From positions 7,564,093 through 7,628,092 of the forward strand of contig NC_134036.1 of NCBI RefSeq assembly GCF_964204645.1: 64,000 bases of DNA, in the 5' to 3' direction. Source of the DNA: Tubulanus polymorphus. Its lineage: Eukaryota; Animalia; Nemertea. The notes under the pieces were generated by a model. It had not been told where the DNA came from. It ran no database searches and saw nothing but the letters and a program-made list of their open reading frames with translations. Position numbers and translations under genes: made by a program. Position 1 is the first letter of the stretch. Each line of letters opens with the position of its first letter. Positions 37,201-50,900 of this stretch are shown piece after piece.

Positions 37201-38656
37201 CTCACTGCACCGGGTCGTAACGCTGATCAAGGCCCGGTCAGCACTTAGTCGTTTTTCGAACAACCACCGCCGGCACACTGACGAAAGGATGGACGCCCGA
37301 CCTACTGCCTCCCTCCCTCCCTCCCTCACTGCTCCGGGTCGTAACGCTGATCAAGGCCCGGTCAGCACTTAGTCGTTTTTCGAACCATCACTGCCGGCAC
37401 ACTGACAAACGGACGGACGACCGACCTACTGCCTCCCTCCCTCCCTCACTGCACCGGGTCGTAACGCTGTTCATGGCCCGGTCAGCACTTAGTCGTTTTT
37501 CAAACAACAACCGCCGACACACTGACTAACGGGCGGACGACTGTCCTAGTGCCTCCCTCCCTCCCTCACTGCGCCGGGTCGTAACGCTGATCATAGCCCG
37601 GTCAGCACTTAGTCGTTTTTCGAACAACCACCGCCGGCACACTGACGAACGGATGGACGACCGACCTACTGTCCCCCTCCCTCCCACACTGCTCCGGGTC
37701 GTAACGCTGATCAAGGCCCGGTCAGCACTTAGTCGTTTTTCGAACCAGCACTGACGGCAGACTAACTAACGGGCGGACGATTGTCCAACTGCCTCCCTCC
37801 CTCCCTCCCTCACTGCACCGGGTCGTAACGCTGATCAAGGCCCGGTCAGCACTTAGTCGTTTTTCGAACTACCACCGCCGGCACACTGACGAACGAACGG
37901 ACGACCGACCTACTGCCACCCTCCCTCCCTTCCTGACCGGTGCCGGGTCGTAACGCTGTTCATGGCCCGGTCAGCACTTAGTCGTTTTTCGAACAACAAC
38001 CGCCGACACACTGACTAACGGGCGGACGACTGTCCTAGTGCCTCCCTCCCTCCCTCACTGCACCGGGTCGTAACGCTGATCAAGGCCCGGTCAGCACTTA
38101 GTCGTTTTTCGAACAACCACCGCCGGCACACTGACGAACGGACGGACGACCGACCTACTGCCTCCCTCCCTCCCTCCCTGACCTGCGCCGGGTCGTAACG
38201 CTGATCAAGGCCCGGTCAGCACTTAGTCGTTTTTCGAACCAGCACTGACGGCAGACTAACTAACGGGCGGACGATTGTCCAACTGCCTCCCTCTCTCCCT
38301 CCCTCACTGCGCCGGGTCGTAATGCTGATCAAGGCCCGGTCAGCACTTAGTCGTTTTTCGAACAACCACCGCCGGCACACTGACGAACGGACGGACGACC
38401 GACCTACTGCCTCCCTCCCTCCCTCCCTCACTGCACCGGGTCGTAACGCTGATCAAGGCCCGGTCAGCACTTAGTCGTTTTTCGAATAACCAACTCTGCC
38501 GGCACATTGACGAACGGACGGACGACCGACCTACTGTCCCCCTCCCTCCCTCACTGCGCCGGGTCGTAACGCTGATCATAGCCCGGTCAGCACTTAGTCG
38601 TTTTTCGAACAACCACCGCCGGCACACTGACGAACGGATGGACGACCGACCTACTG

Positions 38657-38812
38657 CCTCCCTCCCTCCCTCCCTCCCTCCCTCCCTCCCTCCCTCCCTC
38701 CCTCCCTCCCTCCCTCCCTCCCTCCCTCCCTCCCTCCCTCCCTCCCTCCCTCCCTCCCTCCCTCCCTCCCTCCCTCCCTCCCTCCCTCCCTCCCTCCCTC
38801 CCTCCCTCCCTC
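38657..38812. repeat. Expanded (CCTC)39 microsatellite inside one monomer
   Basis: A 156-bp pure CCTC tract, against the usual 4-6 units. Confidence 0.95.
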
Positions 38813-41800
38813 ACTGCACCGGGTCGTAACGCTGATCAAGGCCCGGTCAGCACTTAGTCGTTTTTCGAACTACCACCGCCGGCACACTGACGAACGAACG
38901 GACGACCGACCTACTGCCACCCTCCCTCCCTTCCTGACCGGTGCCGGGTCGTAACGCTGTTCATGGCCCGGTCAGCACTTAGTCGTTTTTCGAACAACAA
39001 CCGCCGACACACTGACTAACGGGCGGACGACTGTCCTAGTGCCTCCCTCCCTCCCTCACTGCACCGGGTCGTAACGCTGATCAAGGCCCGGTCAGCACTT
39101 AGTCGTTTTTCGAACAACCACCGCCGGCACACTGACGAACGGACGGACGACCGACCTACTGCCTCCCTCCCTCCCTCCCTGACCTGCGCCGGGTCGTAAC
39201 GCTGATCAAGGCCCGGTCAGCCCTTTGTCGTTTTTCGAACAACCATCACTGCCGGCACACTGACAAACGGACGGACGACCGACCTACTGCCTCCCTCCCT
39301 CCCTCACTGCTCCGGGTCGTAACGCTGATCAAGGCCCGGTCAGCACTTAGTCGTTTTTCGAACAACCACCGCCGGCACACTGACGAATGGACGGACGACC
39401 GACCTACTACCTCCATCCCCCCCCGGACCGGTGCCGGATCGTCACGCTGATCATGGCCCGGTCAGCACTTAGTCGTTTTTCGAACAACAACCGCCGACAC
39501 ACTAACTAACGGGCGGACGACCGACCTACTGCCTCCCTCCCTCCCTCCCTCACTGCACCGGGTCGTAACGCTGATCAAGGCCCGGTCAGCACTTAGTCGT
39601 TTTTCGAACTACCACCGCCGGCACACTGACGAACGGACGGACGACCGACCTACTGCCTCCCTCCCTCCCTCCCTGACCGGTGCCGGGTCGTAACGCTGAT
39701 CAAGGCCCGGTCAGCACTTAGTCGTTTTTCGAACAACCATCGCCGGCACACTGACGAACGAACGGACGACCGACCTACTGCCACCCTCCCTCCCTTCCTG
39801 ACCGGTGCCGGGTCGTAACGCTGTTCATGGCCCGGTCAGCACTTAGTCGTTTTTCGAACAACAACCGCCGACACACTGACTAACGGGCGGACGTCTGTCC
39901 TAGTGCCTCCCTCCCTCCCTCACTGCACCGGGTCGTAACGCTGATCAAGGCCCGGTCAGCACTTAGTCGTTTTTCGAACAACCACCGCCGGCACACTGAC
40001 GAACGGATGGACGACCGACCTACTGCCTCCCTCCCTCCCTCCCTCTCTCACTGCACCGGGTCGTAACGCTGATCAAGGCCCGGTCAGCACTTAGTCATCT
40101 TTCGAACGACTACCACCGGCACACTGACGAACGGACTGACGACCGACCTACTGCCTCCCTCCCTCCCCCCTCACTGCACCGGGTCGTAACGCTGATCAAG
40201 GCCCGGTCAGCACTTAGTCGTTTTTCGAACCAGCACTGACGGCAGACTAACTAACGGGCGGACGATTGTCCGACTGCCTCCCTCTCTCCCTCCCTCACTG
40301 CGCCGGGTCGTAATGCTGATCAAGACCCGGTCAGCACTTAGTCGTTTTTCGAACAACCAGCACTGCCGGCACACTGACTAACGGGCGGACGACCGACCTA
40401 CTGCCTCCCTCCCTCCCTCACTGCACCGGGTCGTAACGCTGATCAAGGCCCGGTCAGCACATAGTCGTTTTTCGAACCATCACTGCCGGCACACTGACAA
40501 ACGGACGGACGACCGACCTACTGCCTCCCTCCCTCCCTCACTGCACCGGGTCGTAACGCTGATCATGGCCCGGTCAGCACTTAATCGTTTTTCGAACAAC
40601 CACCGCCGGCACACTGACGAACGGATGGACGACCGACCTACTGCCTCCCTCCCTCCCTCCCTCACTGCACCGGGTCGTAACGCTGATCAAGGCCCGGTCA
40701 GCACTTAGTCGTTTTTCGAACAACCACCGCCGGCACACTGACGAACGAACGGACGACCGACCTACTGCCACCCTCCCTCCCTTCCTGACCGGTGCCGGGT
40801 CGTAACGCTGTTCATGGCCTGGCCAGCACTTAGTCGTTTTTCGAACAACAACTGCCGACACACTGACTAACGGGCGGACGACTGTCCTAGTGCCTCCCTC
40901 CCTCCCTCACTGCACCGGGTCGTAACGCTGATCAAGGCCCGGTCAGCACTTAGTCGTTTTTCGAACAACCACCGCCGGCACACTGACGAAAGGATGGACG
41001 CCCGACCTACTGCCTCCCTCCCTCCCTCACTGCTCCGGGTCGTAACGCTGATCAAGGCCCGGTCAGCACTTAGTCGTTTTTCGAACAACCACCGCCGGTA
41101 CACTGACGAACGGATAGACGACCGACCTACTGCCTCCCTCCCTCCCTCACTGCACCGGGTCGTAACGCTGATCAAGACCTCGTCAGCACTTAGTCGTTTT
41201 TCGAACAACCACCGCCGGCACACTGACGAACGGACGGACGACCGACCTACTGCCTCCCTCCCTCCCTCACTGCACCGGGTCGTAACGCTGTTCATGGCCC
41301 GGTCAGCACTTAGTCGTTTTTCAAACAACAACCGCCGACACACTGACTAACGGGCGGACGACTGTCCTAGTGCCTCCCTCCCTCCCTCACTGCGCCGGGT
41401 CGTAACGCTGATCATAGCCCGGTCAGCACTTAGTCGTTTTTCGAACAACCACCGCCGGCACACTGACGAACGGATGGACGACCGACCTACTGCCTCCCTC
41501 CCTCCCTCCCTCACTGCACCGGGTCGTAACGCTGATCAAGGCCCGGTCAGCACTTAGTCGTTTTTCGAACTACCACCGCCGGCACACTGACGAACGAACG
41601 GACGACCGACCTACTGCCACCCTCCCTCCCTTCCTGACCGGTGCCGGGTCGTAACGCTGTTCATGGCCCGGTCAGCACTTAGTCGTTTTTCGAACAACAA
41701 CCGCCGACACACTGACAAACGGACGGACAACCGACGTACTGCCTCCCTCCCTCCCTCAATGCTCTGGGTCGTAACGCTGATCAAGGCCCGGTCAGCACTT

Positions 41801-44800
41801 TGTCGTTTTTCGAACTACCACCGCCGGCACACTGACGAACGGACGGACGACCGACCTACTGCCTCCCTCCCTCCCTCCCTGACCGGTGCCGGGTCGTAAC
41901 GCTGATCAAGGCCCGGTCAGCACTTAGTCGTTTTTCGAACAACCACCGCCGGCACACTGACGAACGAACGGCCGACCGACCTACTGCCACCCTCCCTCCC
42001 TTCCTGACCGGTGCCGGGTCGTAACGCTGTTCATGGCCCGGTCAGCACTTAGTCGTTTTTCGAACAACAACCGCCGACACACTGACTAACGGGCGGACGA
42101 CAGTCCTAGTGCCTCCCTCCCTCCCTCACTGCGCCGGGTCGTAACGCTGATCATGGACCGGTCAGCACTTAGTTGTTTTTCGAACAACCACCGCCGGCAC
42201 ACTGACGAACGGATGGACGACCGACCTACTGCCTCCCTCCCTCCCTCCCTCACTGCACCGGGTCGTAACGCTGATCAAGGCCCGGTCAGCACTTAGTCGT
42301 TTTTCGAACTACCACCGCCGGCACACTGACGAACGAACGGACGACCGACCTACTGCCACCCTCCCTCCCTTCCTGACCGGTGCCGGGTCGTAACGCTGTT
42401 CATGGCCCGGTCAGCACTTAGTCGTTTTTCGAACAACCACAGCCGGCACACTGACGAACGAACGGACGACCGACCTACTGCCACCCTCCCTCCCTTCCTG
42501 ACCGGTGCCGGGTCGTAACGCTGTTCATGGCCCGGTCAGCACTTAGTCGTTTTTCGAACAACAACCGCCGACACACTGACTAACGGGCGGACGACTGTCC
42601 TAGTGCCTCCCTCCCTCCCTCACTGCACCGGGACGTAACGCTGATCAAGGCCCGGTCAGCACTTAGTCGTTTTTCGAACAACCACCGCCGGCACACTGAC
42701 GAACGGATGGACGACCGACCTACTGCCTCCCTCCCTCCCTCCCTCCCTCACTGCACCGGGTCGTAACGCTGATCAAGGCCCGGTCAGCACTTAGTCGTTT
42801 TTCGAACAACCACCGCCGGCACACTGACGAACGGATGGTCGACCGACCTACTGCCTCCCTCCCTCCCTCCCTCACTGCACCGGGTCGTAACGCTGATCAA
42901 GGCCCGGTCAGCACTTAGTCGTTTTTCGAACTACCACCGCCGGCACACTGACGAACGGACGGACGACCGACCTACTGCCTCCCTCCCTCCCTCCCTGACC
43001 GGTGCCGGGTCGTAACGCTGATCAAGGCCCGGTCAGCACTTAGTCGTTTTTCGAACCAACACTGACGGCAGACTAACTAACGGGCGGACGATTGTCCGAC
43101 TGCCTCCCTCTCTCCCTCCCTCACTGCGCCGGGTCGTAATGCTGATCAAGGCCCGGTCAGCACTTAGTCGTTTTTCGAACAACCAGCACTGCCGGCACAC
43201 TGACTAACGGGCGGACGACCGACCTACTGCCTCCCTCCCTCCCTCACTGCACCGGGTCGTAACGCTGATCAAGGCCCGGTCAGCACTTAGTCGTTTTTCG
43301 AACAACCACCGCCGGCACACTGACGAACGGACGGACGACCGACCTACTGCCTCCCTCCCTCCCTCCCTGACCGGTGCCGGGTCGTAACGCTGATCAAGGC
43401 CCGGTCAGCATTTAGTCGTTTTTCGAACCAACACTGACGGCAGACTAACTAACGGGCGGACGATATTCCGACTGCCTCCCTCTCTCCCTCCCTCACTGCG
43501 CCGGGTCGTAATGCTGATCAAGGCCCGGTCAGCACTTAGTCGTTTTTCGAACAACCAGCACTGCCGGCACACTGACAAACGGACGGACGACCGACCTACT
43601 GCCTCCCTCCCTCCCTCACTGCACCGGGTCGTAACGCTGATCATGGCCCGGTCAGCACTTAATCGTTTTTCGAACAACCACCGCCGGCACACTGACGAAC
43701 GGATGGACGACCGACCTACTGCCTCCCTCCCTCCCTCCCTCCCTCACTGCACTGGGTCGTAACGCTGATCAAGGCCCGGTCAGCACTTAGTCGTTTTTCG
43801 AACCAACACTGACGGCAGACTAACTAACGGGCGGACGATTGTCCGACTGCCTCCCTCTCTCCCTCCCTCACTGCGCCGGGTCGTAATGCTGATCAAGGCC
43901 CGGTCAGCACTTAGTCGTTCTTCGAACAACCAGCACTGCCGGCACACTGACTAACGGGCGGACGACCGACCTACTGCCTCCCTCCCTCCCTCACTGCACC
44001 GGGTCGTAACGCTGATCAAGGCCCGGTCAGCACTTAGTCGTTTTTGGAACCATCACTGCCGGCACACGACAAACGGACGGACGACCGACCTACTGCCTCC
44101 CTCCCTCCCTCACTGCACCGGGTCGTAACGCTGATCATGGCCCGGTCAGCACTTAATCGTTTTTCGAACAACCACCGCCGGCACACTGACGAACGGATGG
44201 ACGACCGACCTACTGCCTCCCTCCCTCCCTCCCTCACTGCACCGGGTCGTAACGCTGATCAAGGCCCGGTCAGCACTTAGTCGTTTTTCGAACCAACACT
44301 GACGGCAGACTAACTAACGGGCGGACGATTGTCCGACTGCCTCCCTCTCTCCCTCCCTCACTGCACCGGGTCGTAACGCTGATCAAGGCCCGGTCAGCAC
44401 TTAGTCGTTTTTCGAACCAACACTGACGGCAGACTAACTAACGGGCGGACGATTGTCCGACTGCCTCCCTCTCTCCCTCCCTCACTGCACCGGGTCGTAA
44501 CGCTGATCAAGGCCCGGTCAGCACTTAGTCGTTTTTCGAACTACCACCGCCGGCACACTGACGAACGGACGGACGACCGACCTACTGCCTCCCTCCCTCC
44601 CTCCCTGACCGGTGCCGGGTCGTAACGCTGATCAAGGCCCGGTCAGCACTTAGTCGTTTTTCGAACCAACACTGACGGCAGACTAACTAACGGGCGGACG
44701 ATTGTCCGACTGCCTCCCTCTCTCCCTCCCTCACTGCGCCGGGTCGTAATGCTGATCAAGGCCCGGTCAGCACTTAGTCGTTTTTCGAACAACCAGCACT

Positions 44801-47800
44801 GCCGGCACACTGACTAACGGGCGGACGACCGACCTACTGCCTCCCTCCCTCCCTCACTGCACCGGGTCGTAACGCTGATCAAGGCCCGGTCAGCACTTAG
44901 TCGTTTTTCGAACCATCACTGCCGGCACACTGACGAACGGACGGACGACCGACCTACTGCCTCCCTCCCTCCCTCACTGCTCCGGGTCGTAACGCTGATC
45001 AAGGCCCGGTCAGCACTTAGTCGTTTTTCGAACCAACACTGACGGCAGACTAACTAACGGGCGGACGATATTCCGACTGCCTCCCCCTCTCCCTCCCTCA
45101 CTGCGCCGGGTCGTAATGCTGATCAAGGCCCGGTCAGCACTTAGTCGTTTTTCGAACCATCACTGCCGGCACACTGACGAACGGACGGACGACCGACCTA
45201 CTGCCTCCCTCCCTCCCTCCCTGACCGGTGCCGGGTCGTAACGCTGATCAAGGCCCGGTCAGCACTTAGTCGTTTTTCGAACCAACACTGACGGCAGACT
45301 AACTAACGGGCGGACGATATTCCGACTGCCTCCCTCTCTCCCTCCCTCACTGCGCCGGGTCGTAATGCTGATCAAGGCCCGGTCAGCACTTAGTCGTTTT
45401 TCGAACAACCAGCACTGCCGGCACACTGACAAACGGACGGATGACCGACCTACTGCCTCCCTCCCTCCCTCACTGCACCGGGTCGTAACGCTGATCATGG
45501 CCCGGTCAGCACTTAATCGTTTTTCGAACAACCACCGCCGGCACACTGACGAACGGATGGACGACCGACCTACTGCCTCCCTCCCTCCCTCCCTCACTGC
45601 ACCGGGTCGTAACGCTGATCAAGGCCCGGTCAGCACTTAGTCGTTTTTCGAACCAACACTGACGGCAGACTAACTAACGGGCGGACGATTGTCCGACTGC
45701 CTCCCTCTCTCCCTCCCTCACTGCGCCGGGTCGTAATGCTGATCAAGGCCCGGTCAGCACTTAGTCGTTTTTCGAACAACCAGCACTGCCGGCACACTGA
45801 CTAACGGGCGGACGACCGACCTACTGCCTCCCTCCCTCCCTCACTGCACCGGGTCGTAACGCTGATCAAGGCCCGGTCAGCACTTAGTCGTTTTTCGAAC
45901 CATCACTGCCGGCACACTGACAAACGGACGGACGACCGACCTACTGCCTCCCTCCCTCCCTCACTGCACCGGGTCGTAACGCTGATCATGGCCCGGTCAG
46001 CACTTAGTCGTTTTTCGAACTACCACCGCCGGCACACTGACGAACGGATGGACGACCGACCTACTGCCTCCCTCCCTCCCTCCCTCACTGCACCGGGTCG
46101 TAACGCTGATCAAGGCCCGGTCAGCACTTAGTCGTTTTTCGAACAACCACCGCCGGCACACTGACGAACGGATGGACGACCGACCTACTGCCTCCCTCCC
46201 TCCCTCACTGCACCGGGTCGTAACGCTGATCAAGACCTCGTCAGCACTTAGTCGTTTTTCGAACAACCACCGCCGGCACACTGACGAACGGACGGACGAC
46301 CGACCTACTGCCTCCCTCCCTCCCTCACTGCACCGGGTCGTAACGCTGATCAAGGCCCGGTCAGCACTTAGTCGTTTTTCGAACTACCACCGCCGGCACA
46401 CTGACGAACGAACGGACGACCGACCTACTGCCACCCTCCCTCCCTTCCTGACCGGTGCCGGGTCGTAACGCTGTTCATGGCCCGGTCAGCACTTAGTCGT
46501 TTTTCGAACAACAACCGCCGACACACTGACTAACGGGCGGACGACTGTCCTAGTGCCTCCATCCCTCCCTCACTGCACCGGGTCGTAACGCTGATCATGG
46601 CCCGGTCAGCACTTAGTCGTTTTTCGAACAACCACCGCCGGCACACTGACGAACGGACGGACGACCGACCTACTGCCTCCCTCCCTCCCTCAATGCTCCG
46701 GGTCGTAACGCTGATCAAGGCCCGGTCAGCACTTAGTCGTTTTTCGAACAACCATCACTGCCGGCACACTGATAAACGGACGGACGACCGACCTACTGCC
46801 TCCCTCCCTCCCTCAATGCTCCGGGTCGTAACGCTGATCAAGGCCCGGTCAGCACTTAGTCGTTTTTCGAACAACCACCGCCGGCACACTGGCGAACGGA
46901 CGGACGACCGACCTACTGCCTCCCTCCCTCCATCACTGCTCCGGGTCGTAAAGCTGATCAAGGGCCGGTCAGCACTTAGTCGTTTTTCGAATAACCACCT
47001 TCGAACTACCACCGCCGGCACAATGACGAACGGACGGACGACCGACCTACTGCCCCTCCCTCCCTGACCAGCGCTGGGTCGTAACGCTGATCAAGGCCCG
47101 GTCAGCCCTTAGTCGTTTTTCGAACAACGATCACTGCCGGCACACTGACAAACGGACGGACAACCGACGTACTGCCTCCCTCCCTCCCTCAATGCTCTGG
47201 GTCGTAACGCTGATCAAGGCCCGGTCAGCACTTTGTCGTTTTTCGAACTACCACCGCCGGCACACTGACGAACGGACGGACGACCGACCTACTGCCTCCC
47301 TCCCTCCCTCCCTGACCGGTGCCGGGTCGTAACGCTGATCAAGGCCCGGTCAGCACTTAGTCGTTTTTCGAACAACCACCGCCGGCACACTGACGAACGA
47401 ACGGACGACCGACCTACTGCCACCCTCCCTCCCTTCCTGACCGGTGCCGGGTCGTAACGCTGTTCATGGCCCGGTCAGCACTTAGTCGTTTTTCGAACAA
47501 CAACCGCCGACACACTGACTAACGGGCGGACGACAGTCCTAGTGCCTCCCTCCCTCCCTCACTGCGCCGGGTCGTAACGCTGATCATGGACCGGTCAGCA
47601 CTTAGTCGTTTTTCGAACAGCAACCGCCGACACACTGACCAACGGGCGGACGACGGACCTACTGCCTCCCTCCCTCCCTCAATGCTCCGGGTCGTAACGC
47701 TGATCAAGGCCCGGTCAGCACTTAGTCGTTTTTCGAACAACCACCGCCGGCACACTGACGAACGAACGGACGACCGACCTACTGCCATCCTCCCTCCCTT

Positions 47801-47999
47801 CCTGACCGGTGCCGGGTCGTAACGCTGTTCATGGCCCGGTCAGCACTTAGTCGTTTTTCGAACAACAACCGCCGACACACTGACTAACGGGCGGACGTCT
47901 GTCCTAGTGCCTCCCTCCCTCCCTCACTGCACCGGGTCGTAACGCTGATCAAGGCCCGGTCAGCACTTAGTCGTTTTTCGAACAACCACCGCCGGCACA

Positions 48000-50900
48000 C
48001 TGACGAACGGATGGACGACCGACCTACTGCCTCCCTCCCTCCCTCCCTCTCTCACTGCACCGGGTCGTAGCGCTGATCAAGGCCCGGTCAGCACTTAGTC
48101 ATCTTTCGAACGACTACCACCGGCACACTGACGAACGGACTGACGACCGACCTACTGCCTCCCTCCCTCCCCCCTCACTGCACCGGGTCGTAACGCTGAT
48201 CAAGGCCCGGTCAGCACTTAGTCGTTTTTCGAACCAGCACTGACGGCAGACTAACTAACGGGCGGACGATTGTCCGACTGCCTCCCTCTCTCCCTCCCTC
48301 ACTGCGCCGGGTCGTAATGCTGATCAAGACCCGGTCAGCACTTAGTCGTTTTTCGAACAACCAGCACTGCCGGCACACTGACTAACGGGCGGACGACCGA
48401 CCTACTGCCTCCCTCCCTCCCTCACTGCACCGGGTCGTAACGCTGATCAAGGCCCGGTCAGCACATAGTCGTTTTTCGAACCATCACTGCCGGCACACTG
48501 ACAAACGGACGGACGACCGACCTACTGCCTCCCTCCCTCCCTCACTGCACCGGGTCGTAACGCTGATCATGGCCCGGTCAGCACTTAATCGTTTTTCGAA
48601 CAACCACCGCCGGCACACTGACGAACGGATGGACGACCGACCTACTGCCTCCCTCCCTCCCTCCCTCACTGCACCGGGTCGTAACGCTGATCAAGGCCCG
48701 GTCAGCACTTAGTCGTTTTTCGAACAACCACCGCCGGCACACTGACGAACGAACGGACGACCGACCTACTGCCACCCTCCCTCCCTTCCTGACCGGTGCC
48801 GGGTCGTAACGCTGTTCATGGCCTGGCCAGCACTTAGTCGTTTTTCGAACAACAACTGCCGACACACTGACTAACGGGCGGACGACTGTCCTAGTGCCTC
48901 CCTCCCTCCCTCACTGCACCGGGTCGTAACGCTGATCAAGGCCCGGTCAGCACTTAGTCGTTTTTCGAACAACCACCGCCGGCACACTGACGAAAGGATG
49001 GACGCCCGACCTACTGCCTCCCTCCCTCCCTCACTGCTCCGGGTCGTAACGCTGATCAAGGCCCGGTCAGCACTTAGTCGTTTTTCGAACCATCACTGCC
49101 GGCACACTGACAAACGGACGGACGACCGACCTACTGCCTCCCTCCCTCCCTCACTGCACCGGGTCGTAACGCTGTTCATGGCCCGGTCAGCACTTAGTCG
49201 TTTTTCAAACAACAACCGCCGACACACTGACTAACGGGCGGACGACTGTCCTAGTGCCTCCCTCCCTCCCTCACTGCGCCGGGTCGTAACGCTGATCATA
49301 GCCCGGTCAGCACTTAGTCGTTTTTCGAACAACCACCGCCGGCACACTGACGAACGGATGGACGACCGACCTACTGCCTCCCTCCCTCCCTCACTGCACC
49401 GGGTCGTAACGCTGATCAAGGCCCGGTCAGCACTTAGTCGTTTTTCGAACAACCACCGCCGGCACACTGACGAACGGATGGACGACCGACCTACTGTCCC
49501 CCTCCCTCCCACACTGCTCCGGGTCGTAACGCTGATCAAGGCCCGGTCAGCACTTAGTCGTTTTTCGAACCAGCACTGACGGCAGACTAACTAACGGGCG
49601 GACGATTGTCCAACTGCCTCCCTCCCTCCCTCCCTCACTGCACCGGGTCGTAACGCTGATCAAGGCCCGGTCAGCACTTAGTCGTTTTTCGAACTACCAC
49701 CGCCGGCACACTGACGAACGAACGGACGACCGACCTACTGCCACCCTCCCTCCCTTCCTGACCGGTGCCGGGTCGTAACGCTGTTCATGGCCCGGTCAGC
49801 ACTTAGTCGTTTTTCGAACAACAACCGCCGACACACTGACTAACGGGCGGACGACTGTCCTAGTGCCTCCCTCCCTCCCTCACTGCACCGGGTCGTAACG
49901 CTGATCAAGGCCCGGTCAGCACTTAGTCGTTTTTCGAACAACCACCGCCGGCACACTGACGAACGGACGGACGACCGACCTACTGCCTCCCTCCCTCCCT
50001 CCCTGACCTGCGCCGGGTCGTAACGCTGATCAAGGCCCGGTCAGCCCTTTGTCGTTTTTCGAACAACCATCACTGCCGGCACACTGACAAACGGACGGAC
50101 GACCGACCTACTGCCTCCCTCCCTCCCTCACTGCTCCGGGTCGTAACGCTGATCAAGGCCCGGTCAGCACTTAGTCGTTTTTCGAACAACCACCGCCGGC
50201 ACACTGACGAATGGACGGACGACCGACCTACTACCTCCCTCCCCCCCGGACCGGTGCCGGATCGTCACGCTGATCATGGCCCGGTCAGCACTTAGTCGTT
50301 TTTCGAACAACAACCGCTGACACACTAACTAACGGGCGGACGACCGACCTACTGCCTCCCTCCCTCCCTCCCTCACTGCACCGGGTCGTAACGCTGATCA
50401 AGGCCCGGTCAGCACTTAGTCGTTTTTCGAACTACCACCGCCGGCACACTGACGAACGGACGGACGACCGACCTACTGCCTCCCTCCCTCCCTCCCTGAC
50501 CGGTGCCGGGTCGTAACGCTGATCAAGGCCCGGTCAGCACTTAGTCGTTTTTCGAACTACCATCACAGCCGGCACACTGACAAACGGACGGACGACCGAC
50601 CTACTGCCTCCCTCCCTCCCTCCCTCACTGCACCGGGTCGTAACGCTGATCAAGGCCCGGTCAGCACTTAGTCGTTTTTCGAATAACCAACTCTGCCGGC
50701 ACATTGACGAACGGACGGACGACCGACCTACTGTCCCCCTCCCTCCCTCACTGCGCCGGGTCGTAACGCTGATCATAGCCCGGTCAGCACTTAGTCGTTT
50801 TTCGAACAACCACCGCCGGCACACTGACGAACGGATGGACGACCGACCTACTGCCTCCCTCCCTCCCTCCCTCCCTCCCTCCCTCCCTCCCTCCCTCCCT

